A DNA stretch of 64,000 bases from a virus. Each line of letters opens with the position of its first letter. The stretch's first letter is position 1. The notes below the pieces were generated by a model. It had not been told where the DNA came from and did not search any database. It saw only the letters and a list, made by a program, of their open reading frames with translations. Below, piece after piece: positions 18,464-29,095 of this stretch. Where the stretch lies: IMG/VR virus record IMGVR_UViG_3300021093_000006; one strand, given 5' to 3'. A program made the position numbers and the translations under genes.

Positions 18464-20542
18464 ATGAAGAATTCTAATCTTTTTGAAGAGTTAAAAAGAA
18501 TGAAATCTTTAATGGTTTATAAAACTGACGATTATAAAACTAAAATATATGAATATGAATTATTAAAAGAAGATGATGGTAATACTATAGAAGTACCATT
18601 AAGTAAGAATTTTGATTCTGGTATGTGGAAATTACTACCAAAAACCTTTGATAGCGATTTACAAAGTGCAGTTGACTGGATAAAAGAAAAATCAGAAGAA
18701 ATAAAAAAACGTGGTGGTAAAATAACAAGCTCATCTAAAGTTTTAATAGTTCAGGTTGAAGCTAGTGAGTCTCAAGTACCTAATTATAACGGTGAAGTTG
18801 ACCCCCCTAAAAAAGTTGCACCTGAATGGTTGTCAAGAAAACGTGCTGAAACTATTACAAAATATTTAACAAATTTTTTCACTAAATTAGTTAAAGATGG
18901 GACATTAAGTGAAATACCCACATTTCAAGAACCATTAATAAAAATTGGTCCTACACCTTGGAAACCAGATGATGGGGATAAAGCTGATGATCAAAAATTT
19001 AAAAATGAACAATACATTAAGGTATTGGTTAAGTTTGTTCCGCCTACCGCATGTTTAGAAGGATTAACAATAGATGTTATATATAACAGAAATGAAGATC
19101 CTAGTTGGCCGTGTAGAGGTGGTCATGTATGTGATGATGCTAAATTTAATGTATTATTGAACGGTGTTGTAATAGGTCTAGCCAATTTAAATAACGCAAA
19201 TGATGGTGGATCTAGAATTAGTTCTTTTACTATTACTCCACAACAAGCAGTTCAAATCATTGATGCGACTTCATCAACATCAGATGGAAATATTTTAATT
19301 TCTTTTACGTGTGCCAATTCCACAGGTAGATGTCACTCTAGTACACCTGAAATTAGAATTAAAAGAGGTAATTCACAAACGGTTATTTATCATGCCTGTA
19401 CACCTTCTATAAGTGAAGAAAATGATTATAGTGAGATAAAAGTTATGAAATTAGATGCTTGCGGTAACATCATAGAAAAAGGATCAGAAAAAAAGGCGGC
19501 ACAAAAAGATGCTCAATTAATGAATCCACCTGCTGGACTACAAAAAGGATGGTTAGTATACGATATTGCAACAAAAACCGCAGTTTTTAAACCTTCATCT
19601 TCGGCAACAGATGTGAGTGAAAATATGTATAAAAAATACTTACCCCTTTACCATTACTCAAGATATGAAGCGGGTCAGGAACCTGAAATTTATAAAGGTA
19701 AATGTAATGAACCAAAAATATACGGTGGATACTGTTTATGGAAAGGTTTAAAGGTTAAATATAAAAATGATACTTTTTGTGAAGGTGCTGAAATGAATGT
19801 ATTTTATAATTTTGGTTCTGAATCTAAACAATATCCTGCGGCAACAAAACATATCACTGAAAAAATGAGAAATTATCTTTTAGATAATTGCGAATCTTCT
19901 AATTTAGAATTAACTGCAAATGATGTCATAAGAGTAAGTAAAGATAATCTACCTGATAAATTCAGTTTTAAAAGATTATACGCACCCCATACTATGACAT
20001 CCGACCCAAAAATTTTAGGAGATACTGATTTAACACCATTTAAATTAGTTCCTAACGAAAAACCAAATAAAATAAATTTTACACCAAAAGATTTTATAGA
20101 TTTTGTAAAAAATATAAATGGGCCAGAAATAGATACTATCGACCTTAATAATATAACCAAATTAATGTCAAAAACTTCTGTTAAAAATTTAAGTGATGGA
20201 TCAAATTTAATTACTTTTAAATTATCTACTAAAGAAGAAAATTTAGGTTCAACTTTATTCCCAAATGCTAAAAAACTTGATGCGTATTTAGGTAAATATA
20301 ATACTTATAAAAATGAAAAATTTAGTGGTACAGTTTTATTAGGTAATGTCAAAGGAAAAAAATTATATTTTTGGGGTATATCAGTTTGGAGACGTTATGA
20401 AAAAGGTATTTTTGTGGAAAATAGTATATATGTAAAATTACATACAAGTACAAGTGAAACTATTCCATCTTCTACAATTGCCAGTCTTTTAACTAGTTTA
20501 GGTTTTATTACAACTAAAAAAGATCATCTAGTATTAGTATAG
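18464..20542 (+). CDS. Large Cys-containing protein with degenerate OmpA-like domain
   Basis: Leader MKNSNLFEELKRMKSLM...LLKE; VQVEASES...WLSRKRAETITKYL resembles the OmpA C-terminal LS..RA..V..YL motif. Confidence 0.55.
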   Translation: MKNSNLFEELKRMKSLMVYKTDDYKTKIYEYELLKEDDGNTIEVPLSKNFDSGMWKLLPKTFDSDLQSAVDWIKEKSEEIKKRGGKITSSSKVLIVQVEASESQVPNYNGEVDPPKKVAPEWLSRKRAETITKYLTNFFTKLVKDGTLSEIPTFQEPLIKIGPTPWKPDDGDKADDQKFKNEQYIKVLVKFVPPTACLEGLTIDVIYNRNEDPSWPCRGGHVCDDAKFNVLLNGVVIGLANLNNANDGGSRISSFTITPQQAVQIIDATSSTSDGNILISFTCANSTGRCHSSTPEIRIKRGNSQTVIYHACTPSISEENDYSEIKVMKLDACGNIIEKGSEKKAAQKDAQLMNPPAGLQKGWLVYDIATKTAVFKPSSSATDVSENMYKKYLPLYHYSRYEAGQEPEIYKGKCNEPKIYGGYCLWKGLKVKYKNDTFCEGAEMNVFYNFGSESKQYPAATKHITEKMRNYLLDNCESSNLELTANDVIRVSKDNLPDKFSFKRLYAPHTMTSDPKILGDTDLTPFKLVPNEKPNKINFTPKDFIDFVKNINGPEIDTIDLNNITKLMSKTSVKNLSDGSNLITFKLSTKEENLGSTLFPNAKKLDAYLGKYNTYKNEKFSGTVLLGNVKGKKLYFWGISVWRRYEKGIFVENSIYVKLHTSTSETIPSSTIASLLTSLGFITTKKDHLVLV

Positions 20543-20550
20543 AAAAATTA

Positions 20551-20772
20551 CTAATCATAAGTCTCAAGTGTTATTTTAACACCTTTTAAAATTTTTCTAT
20601 CTTCTTTAGACATTTCTCTCATAGTCTCTCTATGTGCCCTTTTTATTCTTTTTTTATATTCTCGTTCAGTAACATATTTACCATTACCTAATTTAACGGT
20701 TTTTTGACTAGCACAAGATGTAAATGTGATTACACTAATAAAAAATAGTGTTTTAAAAATTAAATTTTTCAT
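20551..20772 (-). CDS. Small predicted lipoprotein
   Basis: MKNLIFKTLFFISVITFTS-C: basic start, hydrophobic core, lipobox-like Cys; strongly basic mature part. Confidence 0.7.
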   Translation of the reverse strand: MKNLIFKTLFFISVITFTSCASQKTVKLGNGKYVTEREYKKRIKRAHRETMREMSKEDRKILKGVKITLETYD

Positions 20773-20792
20773 AGTTTTTGATTTTATATGAA

Positions 20793-20824
20793 CAAATATA
20801 TATAAAAGATTTTAAACTGCCAAA
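20793..20824 (-). promoter_or_regulatory. Bacteroidota-type promoter for the lipoprotein gene
   Basis: Minus strand reads TTTG-N20-TATATTTG, an exact consensus match. Confidence 0.8.
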
Positions 20825-20881
20825 TTTTTTTACTATTTATAAAAATATATTTTTTACTTATTATTAAATAAAAAATTTATT

Positions 20882-22138
20882 ATGAGTAAAATTAAAGTAT
20901 TAGTTGTCCCAAGTGACAGAACAGGAGTTTCATATTATAGATCTACAATTCCACACATTAAATTAGAAGAATATTTCCCTAATGAATTTCATGTGGACAT
21001 TGATTACGAACCTGAATTAAATAATGATGAATATTTAAAAAAATATGATTTAATTCACTACCACAGAACGTTAGGGGATTATAATAATTTAAAGAATTTA
21101 TTAGATAGGTGCGATAATTTAGGTATTGCAACTATTATGGATATAGATGATCATTGGTCACCTGGTCCTGATCACCCAGCTTGGGAAATTATTAAAAAAC
21201 ATGAATTAGATAAAAAAATTCTTAATAATTTAAAAGTATCTAAAAATATAACAACTACAACAAAAGTATTTGCGGATGAAATAAGTAAATACAATAAAAA
21301 CGTATTTGTAATTCCAAACGCTATTGATACCTTAGAAAAACAATATCAAAATAATTCAGAAAAAAGTGACAGAATAAGAATAGGTTGGTTAGGTGGTTCT
21401 TCACATTTAAAAGATTTAGAAATTTTAAAAGGTTTAGTAAATAAATTTAAAAGTGATGGATTAATAGATAAGGTACAGTTTGTATTATGTGGGTATGATT
21501 TAAGAGGTACCTTTACCACAATTGATAGAAATACTGGCGAACAAAAACAAAGACCTATTAAACCAAAAGAATCAGTATGGTATCAGTATGAAAAAATATT
21601 TACAGATGATTATAAAATAGTAAGTGATGAATATAGAGATTTTTTATTGACATTTGAAAATAAAGAATACCCAAATGTCATAAATGAACCTTATAGGAGG
21701 GTGTGGACAAAACCAATTACTTCATACGCCTCAAATTATAATTTATTTGACATATCTTTAGCCCCATTAAAAGAAAGTAATTTTAATAAAGTAAAATCAC
21801 AACTTAAAGTGATTGAGGCAGGTTTCCATAAAAAAGTAATTATTGCACAAGACTTTGGACCATATCAAATAGATATTATTGAGTCTTATGAAAAAGGAGG
21901 AACTATCAACAAAAATGGTAATGGATTTTTAATATCTTCCGCAAAAAATCATAAATTATGGTATAATCATTTAAAAAGGTTAGTTGAAAATCCTAAATTA
22001 ATTTCTAAGATTGGGGAGAATTTATACAATACTGTAAATGGTAGGTATGATATGAAAACCGTTTGTCAACAAAGAAGAGAACTTTACAGTAAATTAGTTT
22101 TAGAAAAAAGAAGTTTGGGGGTTGATTTAGTAAAATAA
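20882..22138 (+). CDS. Glycosyltransferase (GT-B fold)
   Basis: YYRS..PH, MDIDDHW, RIGWLGGSSH..DL, DISLAPL...FNKVKSQLKVIEAG. Confidence 0.85.
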   Translation: MSKIKVLVVPSDRTGVSYYRSTIPHIKLEEYFPNEFHVDIDYEPELNNDEYLKKYDLIHYHRTLGDYNNLKNLLDRCDNLGIATIMDIDDHWSPGPDHPAWEIIKKHELDKKILNNLKVSKNITTTTKVFADEISKYNKNVFVIPNAIDTLEKQYQNNSEKSDRIRIGWLGGSSHLKDLEILKGLVNKFKSDGLIDKVQFVLCGYDLRGTFTTIDRNTGEQKQRPIKPKESVWYQYEKIFTDDYKIVSDEYRDFLLTFENKEYPNVINEPYRRVWTKPITSYASNYNLFDISLAPLKESNFNKVKSQLKVIEAGFHKKVIIAQDFGPYQIDIIESYEKGGTINKNGNGFLISSAKNHKLWYNHLKRLVENPKLISKIGENLYNTVNGRYDMKTVCQQRRELYSKLVLEKRSLGVDLVK

Positions 22139-22164
22139 AATCACTATCCTTATATAAAAATTTT

Positions 22165-22728
22165 ATGGAACTAAAAGAAAAAATTATTAAAAACAGAGAA
22201 AAGTTTGAAAAAACTTCTAAAACTAATGAAATATTTAGTGAGTCTTTATTAAATTTTTTGGGTGAAGATTTATTTACTGCACCTGCGTCTAACATGGAAA
22301 GTATGTATAATGCCTTTCCTGGTGGATTAATTGATCACATTTTAAAGGTCACAAAATATGCAGTTGTATTAAATGACAGTTTACCAGAAAATTTAAGAGT
22401 AGATAAAAAATCTATTATTAAGGTTTGTTTTCTACACCAAATAGGTAAAACATATTTATTTAAATTTTGTGAATCTGAATGGCACAGAAAAAATACTGGT
22501 AAAATGTATGATTTTAATGAAGATTTAATCTCAATGAGAGTAGGAGAAAGATCCGCATATTACGCATTAACACATAATGTATCTTTAACAGAAGAAGAAT
22601 ATCAATCAATAATTAATTTCGACAAATCTGAAGAAGATAAACAATCAAAATGGTATGGATCAACTTTATCTACTTTATTAAGGCAGGCTAATGAATTATC
22701 AATAATCGAATGTAAAAAAAATAAATAA
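22165..22728 (+). CDS. HD-domain-like protein with HD changed to HQ
   Basis: AFPGGLIDHILKV...FLHQIGK aligns with the YhaM-type GGL.EH...LHDIGK. Confidence 0.7.
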   Translation: MELKEKIIKNREKFEKTSKTNEIFSESLLNFLGEDLFTAPASNMESMYNAFPGGLIDHILKVTKYAVVLNDSLPENLRVDKKSIIKVCFLHQIGKTYLFKFCESEWHRKNTGKMYDFNEDLISMRVGERSAYYALTHNVSLTEEEYQSIINFDKSEEDKQSKWYGSTLSTLLRQANELSIIECKKNK

Positions 22729-23303
22729 TGGAAATAAACGATTTAGATTCTTCTTTTGAACAAGAGTTAAGGCAATTAGAAGAATTGCAATCATTAATGT
22801 CACATATAGAATCTGTAGAAGGACAGAATTTACTTAATTTAGACTTTAATGATTTTAAAATAAAAACAAAATTTACTAACAATTCTAATAATCCTGATCC
22901 TGAATATGCTAAAGTTGGGGACAGTGGATTTGATTTAAGGGCATTTATAACTGAACCTATAACACTTAAACCTCTTGAAAGAAAATTAATTCCGACAGGA
23001 CTAAAATTTGAGTTATCTCCTAATACTGAATTACAAGTTAGACCCAGAAGTGGTATGGCATTAAAGTATGGTATATCGGTTTTAAATACACCAGGAACAG
23101 TAGATGAAGGTTATAGAGGTGACGTTGGGGTTATTGTAGTTAATCTAAGTAATGAGGATTATACAATACAACCTGGCGAAAGAATCGCTCAGGGTGTATT
23201 AATGAATGTAGTAGGTCAAGGTATTAGTGAATTAGTTAGGGTGAATAATTTATCTGAGACTAATAGAGGGGACGGTGGATTTGGATCTACTGGGGTTAAA
23301 TAA
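22728..23303 (+). CDS. dut: dUTPase (trimeric)
   Basis: GDSGFDL, RPRSG, NTPGTVDEGYRGD, RIAQ, RGDGGFGSTG: all five motifs present. Confidence 0.95.
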   Translation: MEINDLDSSFEQELRQLEELQSLMSHIESVEGQNLLNLDFNDFKIKTKFTNNSNNPDPEYAKVGDSGFDLRAFITEPITLKPLERKLIPTGLKFELSPNTELQVRPRSGMALKYGISVLNTPGTVDEGYRGDVGVIVVNLSNEDYTIQPGERIAQGVLMNVVGQGISELVRVNNLSETNRGDGGFGSTGVK

Positions 23304-23347
23304 CATTAAATAATTTTTTACTAATGGGTAATGAAGTATAGACTGAT

Positions 23348-23488
23348 TTGGAAAATGCTATAGCTAACGAAAAGCGAGAATCTATAAGAATGAAAATTAT
23401 AGAATTACTAGTAGACGAATACGTTGATGATGCCGAATTAGGTAAGGCCGTTAGGGAATATGTAAATATAGAGAAAGATAATGATTAG
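23348..23488 (+). CDS. Small hypothetical protein (not in ORF track)
   Basis: TTG-start ORF ...EKRESIRMKIIELLVDEYVDDAELGKAVREYVN fills the gap. An upstream in-frame ATG at 23324 is cut by TAG at 23339. Confidence 0.4.
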   Translation: MENAIANEKRESIRMKIIELLVDEYVDDAELGKAVREYVNIEKDND

Positions 23489-25130
23489 TGTAGTTTACTG
23501 TACTAGAGAAACAAACCCAAAACATAAAGAACACATTATAAAAACATCTGGGTTACAGAAGAACATAGAAGTTATTGAAATCATAAATAACGGAGAATCC
23601 CTGACTAAATCTTATAATAGGGGATATAAACTAGCAAAAAACGATATTGTAGTATTTTGTCATGATGATATATTGATAGAAACTAAACAATGGGGTAATA
23701 AAATTAAAAAGCATTTTGATAAAAATAATGAATATGGTATATTAGGTGTAGCTGGTAGTAAATATATGCCAATCTCTGGTAAATGGTGGGAAAAACCAAA
23801 AGCCATGTATGGTAAAGTAAAACATACCCACAATAATAAAAGCTGGCTTTCTGAATATAGTGTAGATTTAAATGACGGTATTGAAGAGGTAATTAATGTA
23901 GACGGATTATTTTTTTCTATACATAAAAATAGAATTAATAATAATGAAAACCCATTCAATGAAGATGTTAAAGGGTTTCATTTTTATGATGTAGATTTCT
24001 GCTTTAGTAATTTCTTATCTAAAGTTAAAGTAGGTGTGGTAACTAATATAAGAATAAACCACATGTCTATTGGTCAAACAAACCAAGAATGGGAAAATAA
24101 TAGATTACAATTTGTTGAAAAATATAAAGATCGACTACCACAAAAGGTTAGGGATGAGTTTAAAAATAGAAAATTAAGAGTTCTTATAGGGTGTTTAAAT
24201 TTTCAAGGTTTAACTGGATCAGAAATATCTACCATGGAATTAGCTAAAGGTTTAGCTAAAAATGGTTGTGAAGTATATGTAGTATCCCAAATTGGACCTA
24301 CATTTAAAAGAGAATCCGAAAAATATAATATCAAAGTATTTGATCTAAATGAACCCCCTGGGTATAAAGTAGGTGATGGTAAATGGGGTATTAATACACC
24401 AGAAGGTTTTAAAGTAAGTCAGCCAAACATGCTTTATTTCATAAAAGACATGAAGTTTGATGTAATACATTCTAATCATACACCAGTAACTCAAAGATTA
24501 TTGCAACTATACCCAAATAATAATTTTGTAAATATTGTTAGATCTGAAGTAATTGATCTAGAGAATCCAGTTGTAGATACTAAAATAAAAAAATACATAG
24601 CAATTAGGTCGTCGATCAAAGATTATATCGTAAATAATTTTAATGTTGACGAATCCAAAGTTGAGGTTATATATAACCTATTTGATAAAAGTAGGTTTAC
24701 TGAAAAAAAATTAGATAAGGGAACCGATAAAAAAGTAACTTTATTTGTAGGTACAATGGATTATTTAAGGAAAAGTTCCATAGAGGATCTAATAGATAAT
24801 TCAGAGGAGTTATGGCTTGTGGGTAAAGATACCATGGGGTATGCTCAAGAATATTCTAATATTTATGATCACGTTAAGTATTTCCCACCCACAGATAAAA
24901 TAGAAGACTTTGTAAATAAATGTGACGAAACTGCTGGTATATTTTTAGGTAGAACTACGATAGAGGGATTTTTATGTGGTAAGCCTGGATGGATTTATGT
25001 GGTAGATAAACACGGAAACTACTTAAGTAAAACTTTTAGTGAAGTACCAGAAGATATGTCCATATTCGATAACGGGCAGATTATAGAAAAATATAAAGAA
25101 ATATATATAGACACCCATAATGAAGAATGA
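23481..25130 (+). CDS. Two-domain glycosyltransferase (GT-A/StrF-like plus GT-B)
   Basis: N-terminal VFCHDD, GILGVAG, FHFYDVDF; C-terminal GLTGSE..TMELAKGL and GRTTIEGFLCGKP. Confidence 0.85.
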   Translation: MISVVYCTRETNPKHKEHIIKTSGLQKNIEVIEIINNGESLTKSYNRGYKLAKNDIVVFCHDDILIETKQWGNKIKKHFDKNNEYGILGVAGSKYMPISGKWWEKPKAMYGKVKHTHNNKSWLSEYSVDLNDGIEEVINVDGLFFSIHKNRINNNENPFNEDVKGFHFYDVDFCFSNFLSKVKVGVVTNIRINHMSIGQTNQEWENNRLQFVEKYKDRLPQKVRDEFKNRKLRVLIGCLNFQGLTGSEISTMELAKGLAKNGCEVYVVSQIGPTFKRESEKYNIKVFDLNEPPGYKVGDGKWGINTPEGFKVSQPNMLYFIKDMKFDVIHSNHTPVTQRLLQLYPNNNFVNIVRSEVIDLENPVVDTKIKKYIAIRSSIKDYIVNNFNVDESKVEVIYNLFDKSRFTEKKLDKGTDKKVTLFVGTMDYLRKSSIEDLIDNSEELWLVGKDTMGYAQEYSNIYDHVKYFPPTDKIEDFVNKCDETAGIFLGRTTIEGFLCGKPGWIYVVDKHGNYLSKTFSEVPEDMSIFDNGQIIEKYKEIYIDTHNEE

Positions 25131-25911
25131 TAATATTTTATTGGCTGGACCTTGGATAGGCGAATTTGGTTGGGAATTATTTTGCTGGCAAGGATATGTA
25201 AGAAAACTATCTAGACAATATGATAAGGTAATTATCATAGGTAGACCAGGTAATAAGTATTTATATGAAGATTTTTGTGATGAATACATTGAATTTGATC
25301 CAGGCAGCTTTAAAACTGATGCTTGGAATTGCCAAGGCGCCAAAAATTTTGACCATATAATTAATTCTATTCCCCATACTAAATACTTAAATGGAATATT
25401 TGATATTGGGATGAGGTATACACATAATGGTGTAATTGACAGTAAAAAATTATTTTTTACAGAACAAGAATTTTTTAAATATAATTACAAATCAGATAAC
25501 ACATTTGATGTCCTGTTCCATTGTAGAAATAAATCTACTGGTTCTGAGAGAAATTGGGGTAGGTCAGAATGGGAAAAATTATATAATTCACTACCTAGTA
25601 ATTTAAAAATTGGTTGTGTGGGTAATGATGAATCATTTTATATTAGTGGTACTGAAAATTTAAGGGGTATAAATTTAAAAGAATTAGTTGGTATTTTTAA
25701 TAATACTAAACTAATTATAGGACCCAGCAGCGGCCCTATGCATTTGGCTAGCTTATGTGGACTTAAGCACTTGGTTTGGAGTACCGAATATAATAGAATT
25801 CGGTATGAAAGAGATTGGAACCCATTTAATAGTGAAGTGGTATTTTATTCTGGCGGTGATTGGTCCCCAAAACATAGTGAAATAAAGGAATTGATTTTAA
25901 AAAATTTATAA
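25120..25911 (+). CDS. Glycosyltransferase, GT9 (heptosyltransferase-like)
   Basis: GEFGWEL at the N-terminus; IIGPSSGPMHLASLCG is the GT9 signature. Confidence 0.75.
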   Translation: MKNDNILLAGPWIGEFGWELFCWQGYVRKLSRQYDKVIIIGRPGNKYLYEDFCDEYIEFDPGSFKTDAWNCQGAKNFDHIINSIPHTKYLNGIFDIGMRYTHNGVIDSKKLFFTEQEFFKYNYKSDNTFDVLFHCRNKSTGSERNWGRSEWEKLYNSLPSNLKIGCVGNDESFYISGTENLRGINLKELVGIFNNTKLIIGPSSGPMHLASLCGLKHLVWSTEYNRIRYERDWNPFNSEVVFYSGGDWSPKHSEIKELILKNL

Positions 25912-26850
25912 ATGAAAATATTATTTGTGGCAGTATTTACACATAACTCTACCAATGTGTCTCAATCAAGGGGATTTAAAGAAAATGGTTGTGAAGTTTT
26001 AGAATATGATTATAGAAAAAAATTAATAGAATTTAATAATGTCTACAACAGAGATTCTGATTTAATTGATGTTGCAAAAAAATATAAACCTGATTTAGTT
26101 ATTTTTAGTAAATGTAATAATATGAGTTACAGAGTTATTGATGAATGTAATAAAATTTCTAAAACTGCCTTATGGTATATGGATGCAATGAATAATTTTG
26201 ATGGGGAATTAATAGAAAAAATAAAAAGATGTAATTATTTTATTTGTGGTGTAGAGGGTGTAGTACCTCATGCTGAAAAATTTAATAAAAATTGTATATT
26301 CATACAACAATGTCCAGATGATTTAATGAATTTTTTAGATCATGATTTAGAAGATAAATGGTTAGATGATATATCATTTATTGGGTCGGCAGACTCATCA
26401 GCCATACATGGGGATAGGGTCAAGTATATAAATTTTCTAAAAAATTCATTTAGTAGTTTTAAACATTACAATGGGGTTTATGGTTTGGATCATAATAAAA
26501 TAGTTAACCAAAGTAAAATAAATTTAAACTTTTCACCAACTGATGGTAGCGGAGTTTCAGTAAGAATTTTCAAGATATTAGCATCTGGCGGATTTTTAAT
26601 GACTACGTCATGGAAAGACATGGAAAATACATTTATACCTGGGGAAGATATAATAATTTTTAATAGTGAGGAAGAACTAAAAAATAAAATAGAGTTTTAT
26701 TTAAAAAATGAAGATATAAGAAATAAAATTAGGCTTTCTGGGTACAATAAAGTACAAAATTATTTACCCAAAAGCTGGGCTAAAAATATTATAGATTATG
26801 TTACAAAAAGAGAAATACAATCTGATAATTATCATAGCATCGTACAATAG
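25912..26850 (+). CDS. Glycosyltransferase, CgeB/DUF3880-like
   Basis: DISFIGS, SKINLNF, SVRIFKILASGGFLMT, LRNKIRLSGY-type tail. Confidence 0.8.
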   Translation: MKILFVAVFTHNSTNVSQSRGFKENGCEVLEYDYRKKLIEFNNVYNRDSDLIDVAKKYKPDLVIFSKCNNMSYRVIDECNKISKTALWYMDAMNNFDGELIEKIKRCNYFICGVEGVVPHAEKFNKNCIFIQQCPDDLMNFLDHDLEDKWLDDISFIGSADSSAIHGDRVKYINFLKNSFSSFKHYNGVYGLDHNKIVNQSKINLNFSPTDGSGVSVRIFKILASGGFLMTTSWKDMENTFIPGEDIIIFNSEEELKNKIEFYLKNEDIRNKIRLSGYNKVQNYLPKSWAKNIIDYVTKREIQSDNYHSIVQ

Positions 26851-27481
26851 GTACGATATGTTATGTAACTTACTCAATAAAATTATAAAACAAGATAAAA
26901 AAATAAGTACTAAAATTATAGTTAATGATAATTATTCTTCAGATAATAGGTATTTATCCATAGGTCAAGAGTTTAAAGATGTAACCTTTTTAAGGTCAAA
27001 CCATAATAAAGGTAAAGATAAATATTGGCAAACTATAAATGAGTTATTAGTAGAAGTTAAAAAATACGATTTTGATTATTTATTAACCATACCAGATGAT
27101 TTTGATACATGTGATCACTTCATAGATCTATTAGTGGATGAACATAATTCCGCTAAAACAATAGACTCGCAAATAGTATGTACTACATACGCACATATAA
27201 GTAAAATTAAAAGATGGAATTTAACTTATTGGATGGATGGGGATGGTTTATTTGACAAAATATTTTTTGATAAAATTAATTTCACCATTGACCCAATAAA
27301 GCCTACTGGTAAGAATGCAGGTAGTGGTGTATGGGAACAGCTATCACAAAAAATAAACGCATTTAATTTTAAAATACATAAACCTAAAAATATATTTATA
27401 AATCACCTAGGACATACGGATTCTAAAATGCACCCACAATTAAGAAAGGTGAAAAAATTAATAATAGAAAAAACTATATGA
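26798..27481 (+). CDS. Glycosyltransferase family 2-like
   Basis: IIIASYNRYDMLCNLL, VNDNYSSD, TIPDDF. Confidence 0.75.
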   Translation: MLQKEKYNLIIIIASYNRYDMLCNLLNKIIKQDKKISTKIIVNDNYSSDNRYLSIGQEFKDVTFLRSNHNKGKDKYWQTINELLVEVKKYDFDYLLTIPDDFDTCDHFIDLLVDEHNSAKTIDSQIVCTTYAHISKIKRWNLTYWMDGDGLFDKIFFDKINFTIDPIKPTGKNAGSGVWEQLSQKINAFNFKIHKPKNIFINHLGHTDSKMHPQLRKVKKLIIEKTI

Positions 27482-28470
27482 AAGAAAAAATAGCTTTTTT
27501 GGCATATTGCGATTATGCAAATGTCCTGACCGAATATTCTAAAGTAATCAATGACTACTCTGAAAAATATGAATCTAAAGTAATTTGTTTAATGCCACAC
27601 CCATTTAATTACCAATTAAAACACGATTATGATTTAACTAGCGCTAATTATATAGAATTATCTAAAAAATGGGTAAATGAATCTAAATATATAATTTTTA
27701 GTGAAGAGATGGGTAAGGGTAATTATGATACATTAAATAATATTATTAGAAAATTAGGAATTAACATTGAGGGTAAAAAAATAAGTGCTTGGCACCCAGG
27801 ATCTAATTATAGAAAAAATTATGTTCAGTTTAACAATAACCCATTAAATAATAAATTACACAGAATTATTTACGCAATTGATTTATATAGGTTATCTAAT
27901 AAAAATAAAAAAGATATTACACTACTACCTTTTATGAGTTTTAACCATGATCCAAACCAATACATGGATAATATGATGAATAAAATAAATAGTGGTAATA
28001 GGATTTTTATGCACTGTCCGTCTAACACAGAAAGGAAGGGTTCTAATATAATTAAAACTACAATAGACTCATTGAATAGGAATGACATTAAATATGAAAT
28101 GTACACTGGAAAACCACATAATTTTATTATGGAACAAAAAAATAGATCATTATTCTATATAGATCAGTTTAATATAGAATCATCATTCGGAGTTGCTGCG
28201 ATAGAATCATTAATTTGTGGTAACGTCACCATGTGCGGCATCAATAATGCAAAAGACGGTATTGATAGGTACGGGTCTAAAACACAATGCCCCATAATTA
28301 ACCTGGGTATTACGGAAATTACACTAAAAAATACAATAGAAGAAGTCATGGGCTATGACAAGAATAAATTGATCGGTATTTGCGAGTCTAACTTAAATTA
28401 TTTACTAGAATGTTATAACGGTAAATCCGTTATAAAATATATTGAGGAAAAAATATTAAACGATGAGTAA
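27478..28470 (+). CDS. GT-B glycosyltransferase-like protein
   Basis: HCPSN.ERKGS, IDQF...FGVAAIESLICG (GT-B acceptor loop). Confidence 0.7.
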   Translation: MKEKIAFLAYCDYANVLTEYSKVINDYSEKYESKVICLMPHPFNYQLKHDYDLTSANYIELSKKWVNESKYIIFSEEMGKGNYDTLNNIIRKLGINIEGKKISAWHPGSNYRKNYVQFNNNPLNNKLHRIIYAIDLYRLSNKNKKDITLLPFMSFNHDPNQYMDNMMNKINSGNRIFMHCPSNTERKGSNIIKTTIDSLNRNDIKYEMYTGKPHNFIMEQKNRSLFYIDQFNIESSFGVAAIESLICGNVTMCGINNAKDGIDRYGSKTQCPIINLGITEITLKNTIEEVMGYDKNKLIGICESNLNYLLECYNGKSVIKYIEEKILNDE

Positions 28471-29092
28471 TTTTACATTAAAGTATTATAGAGATATGTT
28501 ACATAATTCCATTATAAATGGTTATCATATAACACCTATGAGAGATCATAATTTAAATTTTAATAAGCATATACTTATTAGACATGATGTGGATTTTAGT
28601 TTACAAAACACAATAAATTTTTCTAGTATAGAAGATGACTTAGGGGTAAAATCGACCTACTTCATAAGATTAAATAGTAAAAACTATAACCCCTTTTCTA
28701 TTGACAATTCTAAAATTATTATTAATTTAATAGAGAATGGTCATGAGATCGGTTTACACATTGAGCCAGATTATTATAAATTTATGAATTTAGATTACAT
28801 TAAATATATTAATACACTAATAGAACTATTCGAGGCTACCTTCAAAATAAAAGTATCTGGAATATCAACGCACGAACCTAGTAGATGCGGTTATATAATA
28901 GACAATGAAAATATAAAATTAATTAATGTAGATTATGAGGCATATTTGTTAAACGATTTTAAATATATTTCTGATTCTGGTGCTAGATGGAGAGAGGGGG
29001 ATCTAAATGAATGGGTAAATAAAAGTGATAAAATAATAATGAATACGCACCCTATATGGTGGTATAAAATTACCCCACTAGAAAACTATTAA
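28463..29092 (+). CDS. Polysaccharide deacetylase-like (NodB fold)
   Basis: IRHDVD, STYFI, GHEIGLH, STHEP, YISDS, NTHPIWW. Confidence 0.75.
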   Translation: MSNFTLKYYRDMLHNSIINGYHITPMRDHNLNFNKHILIRHDVDFSLQNTINFSSIEDDLGVKSTYFIRLNSKNYNPFSIDNSKIIINLIENGHEIGLHIEPDYYKFMNLDYIKYINTLIELFEATFKIKVSGISTHEPSRCGYIIDNENIKLINVDYEAYLLNDFKYISDSGARWREGDLNEWVNKSDKIIMNTHPIWWYKITPLENY

Positions 29093-29095
29093 TTT

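Noticed and set aside
6120-19873. Track ORFs 6120, 10860, 10882, 13499, 14024, 14048, 17313, 18123, 19873
   Set aside because: They lie antisense or out of frame within well-supported genes. The repeats in 14024 and 14048 are shadows of the 42-bp fibre repeat.
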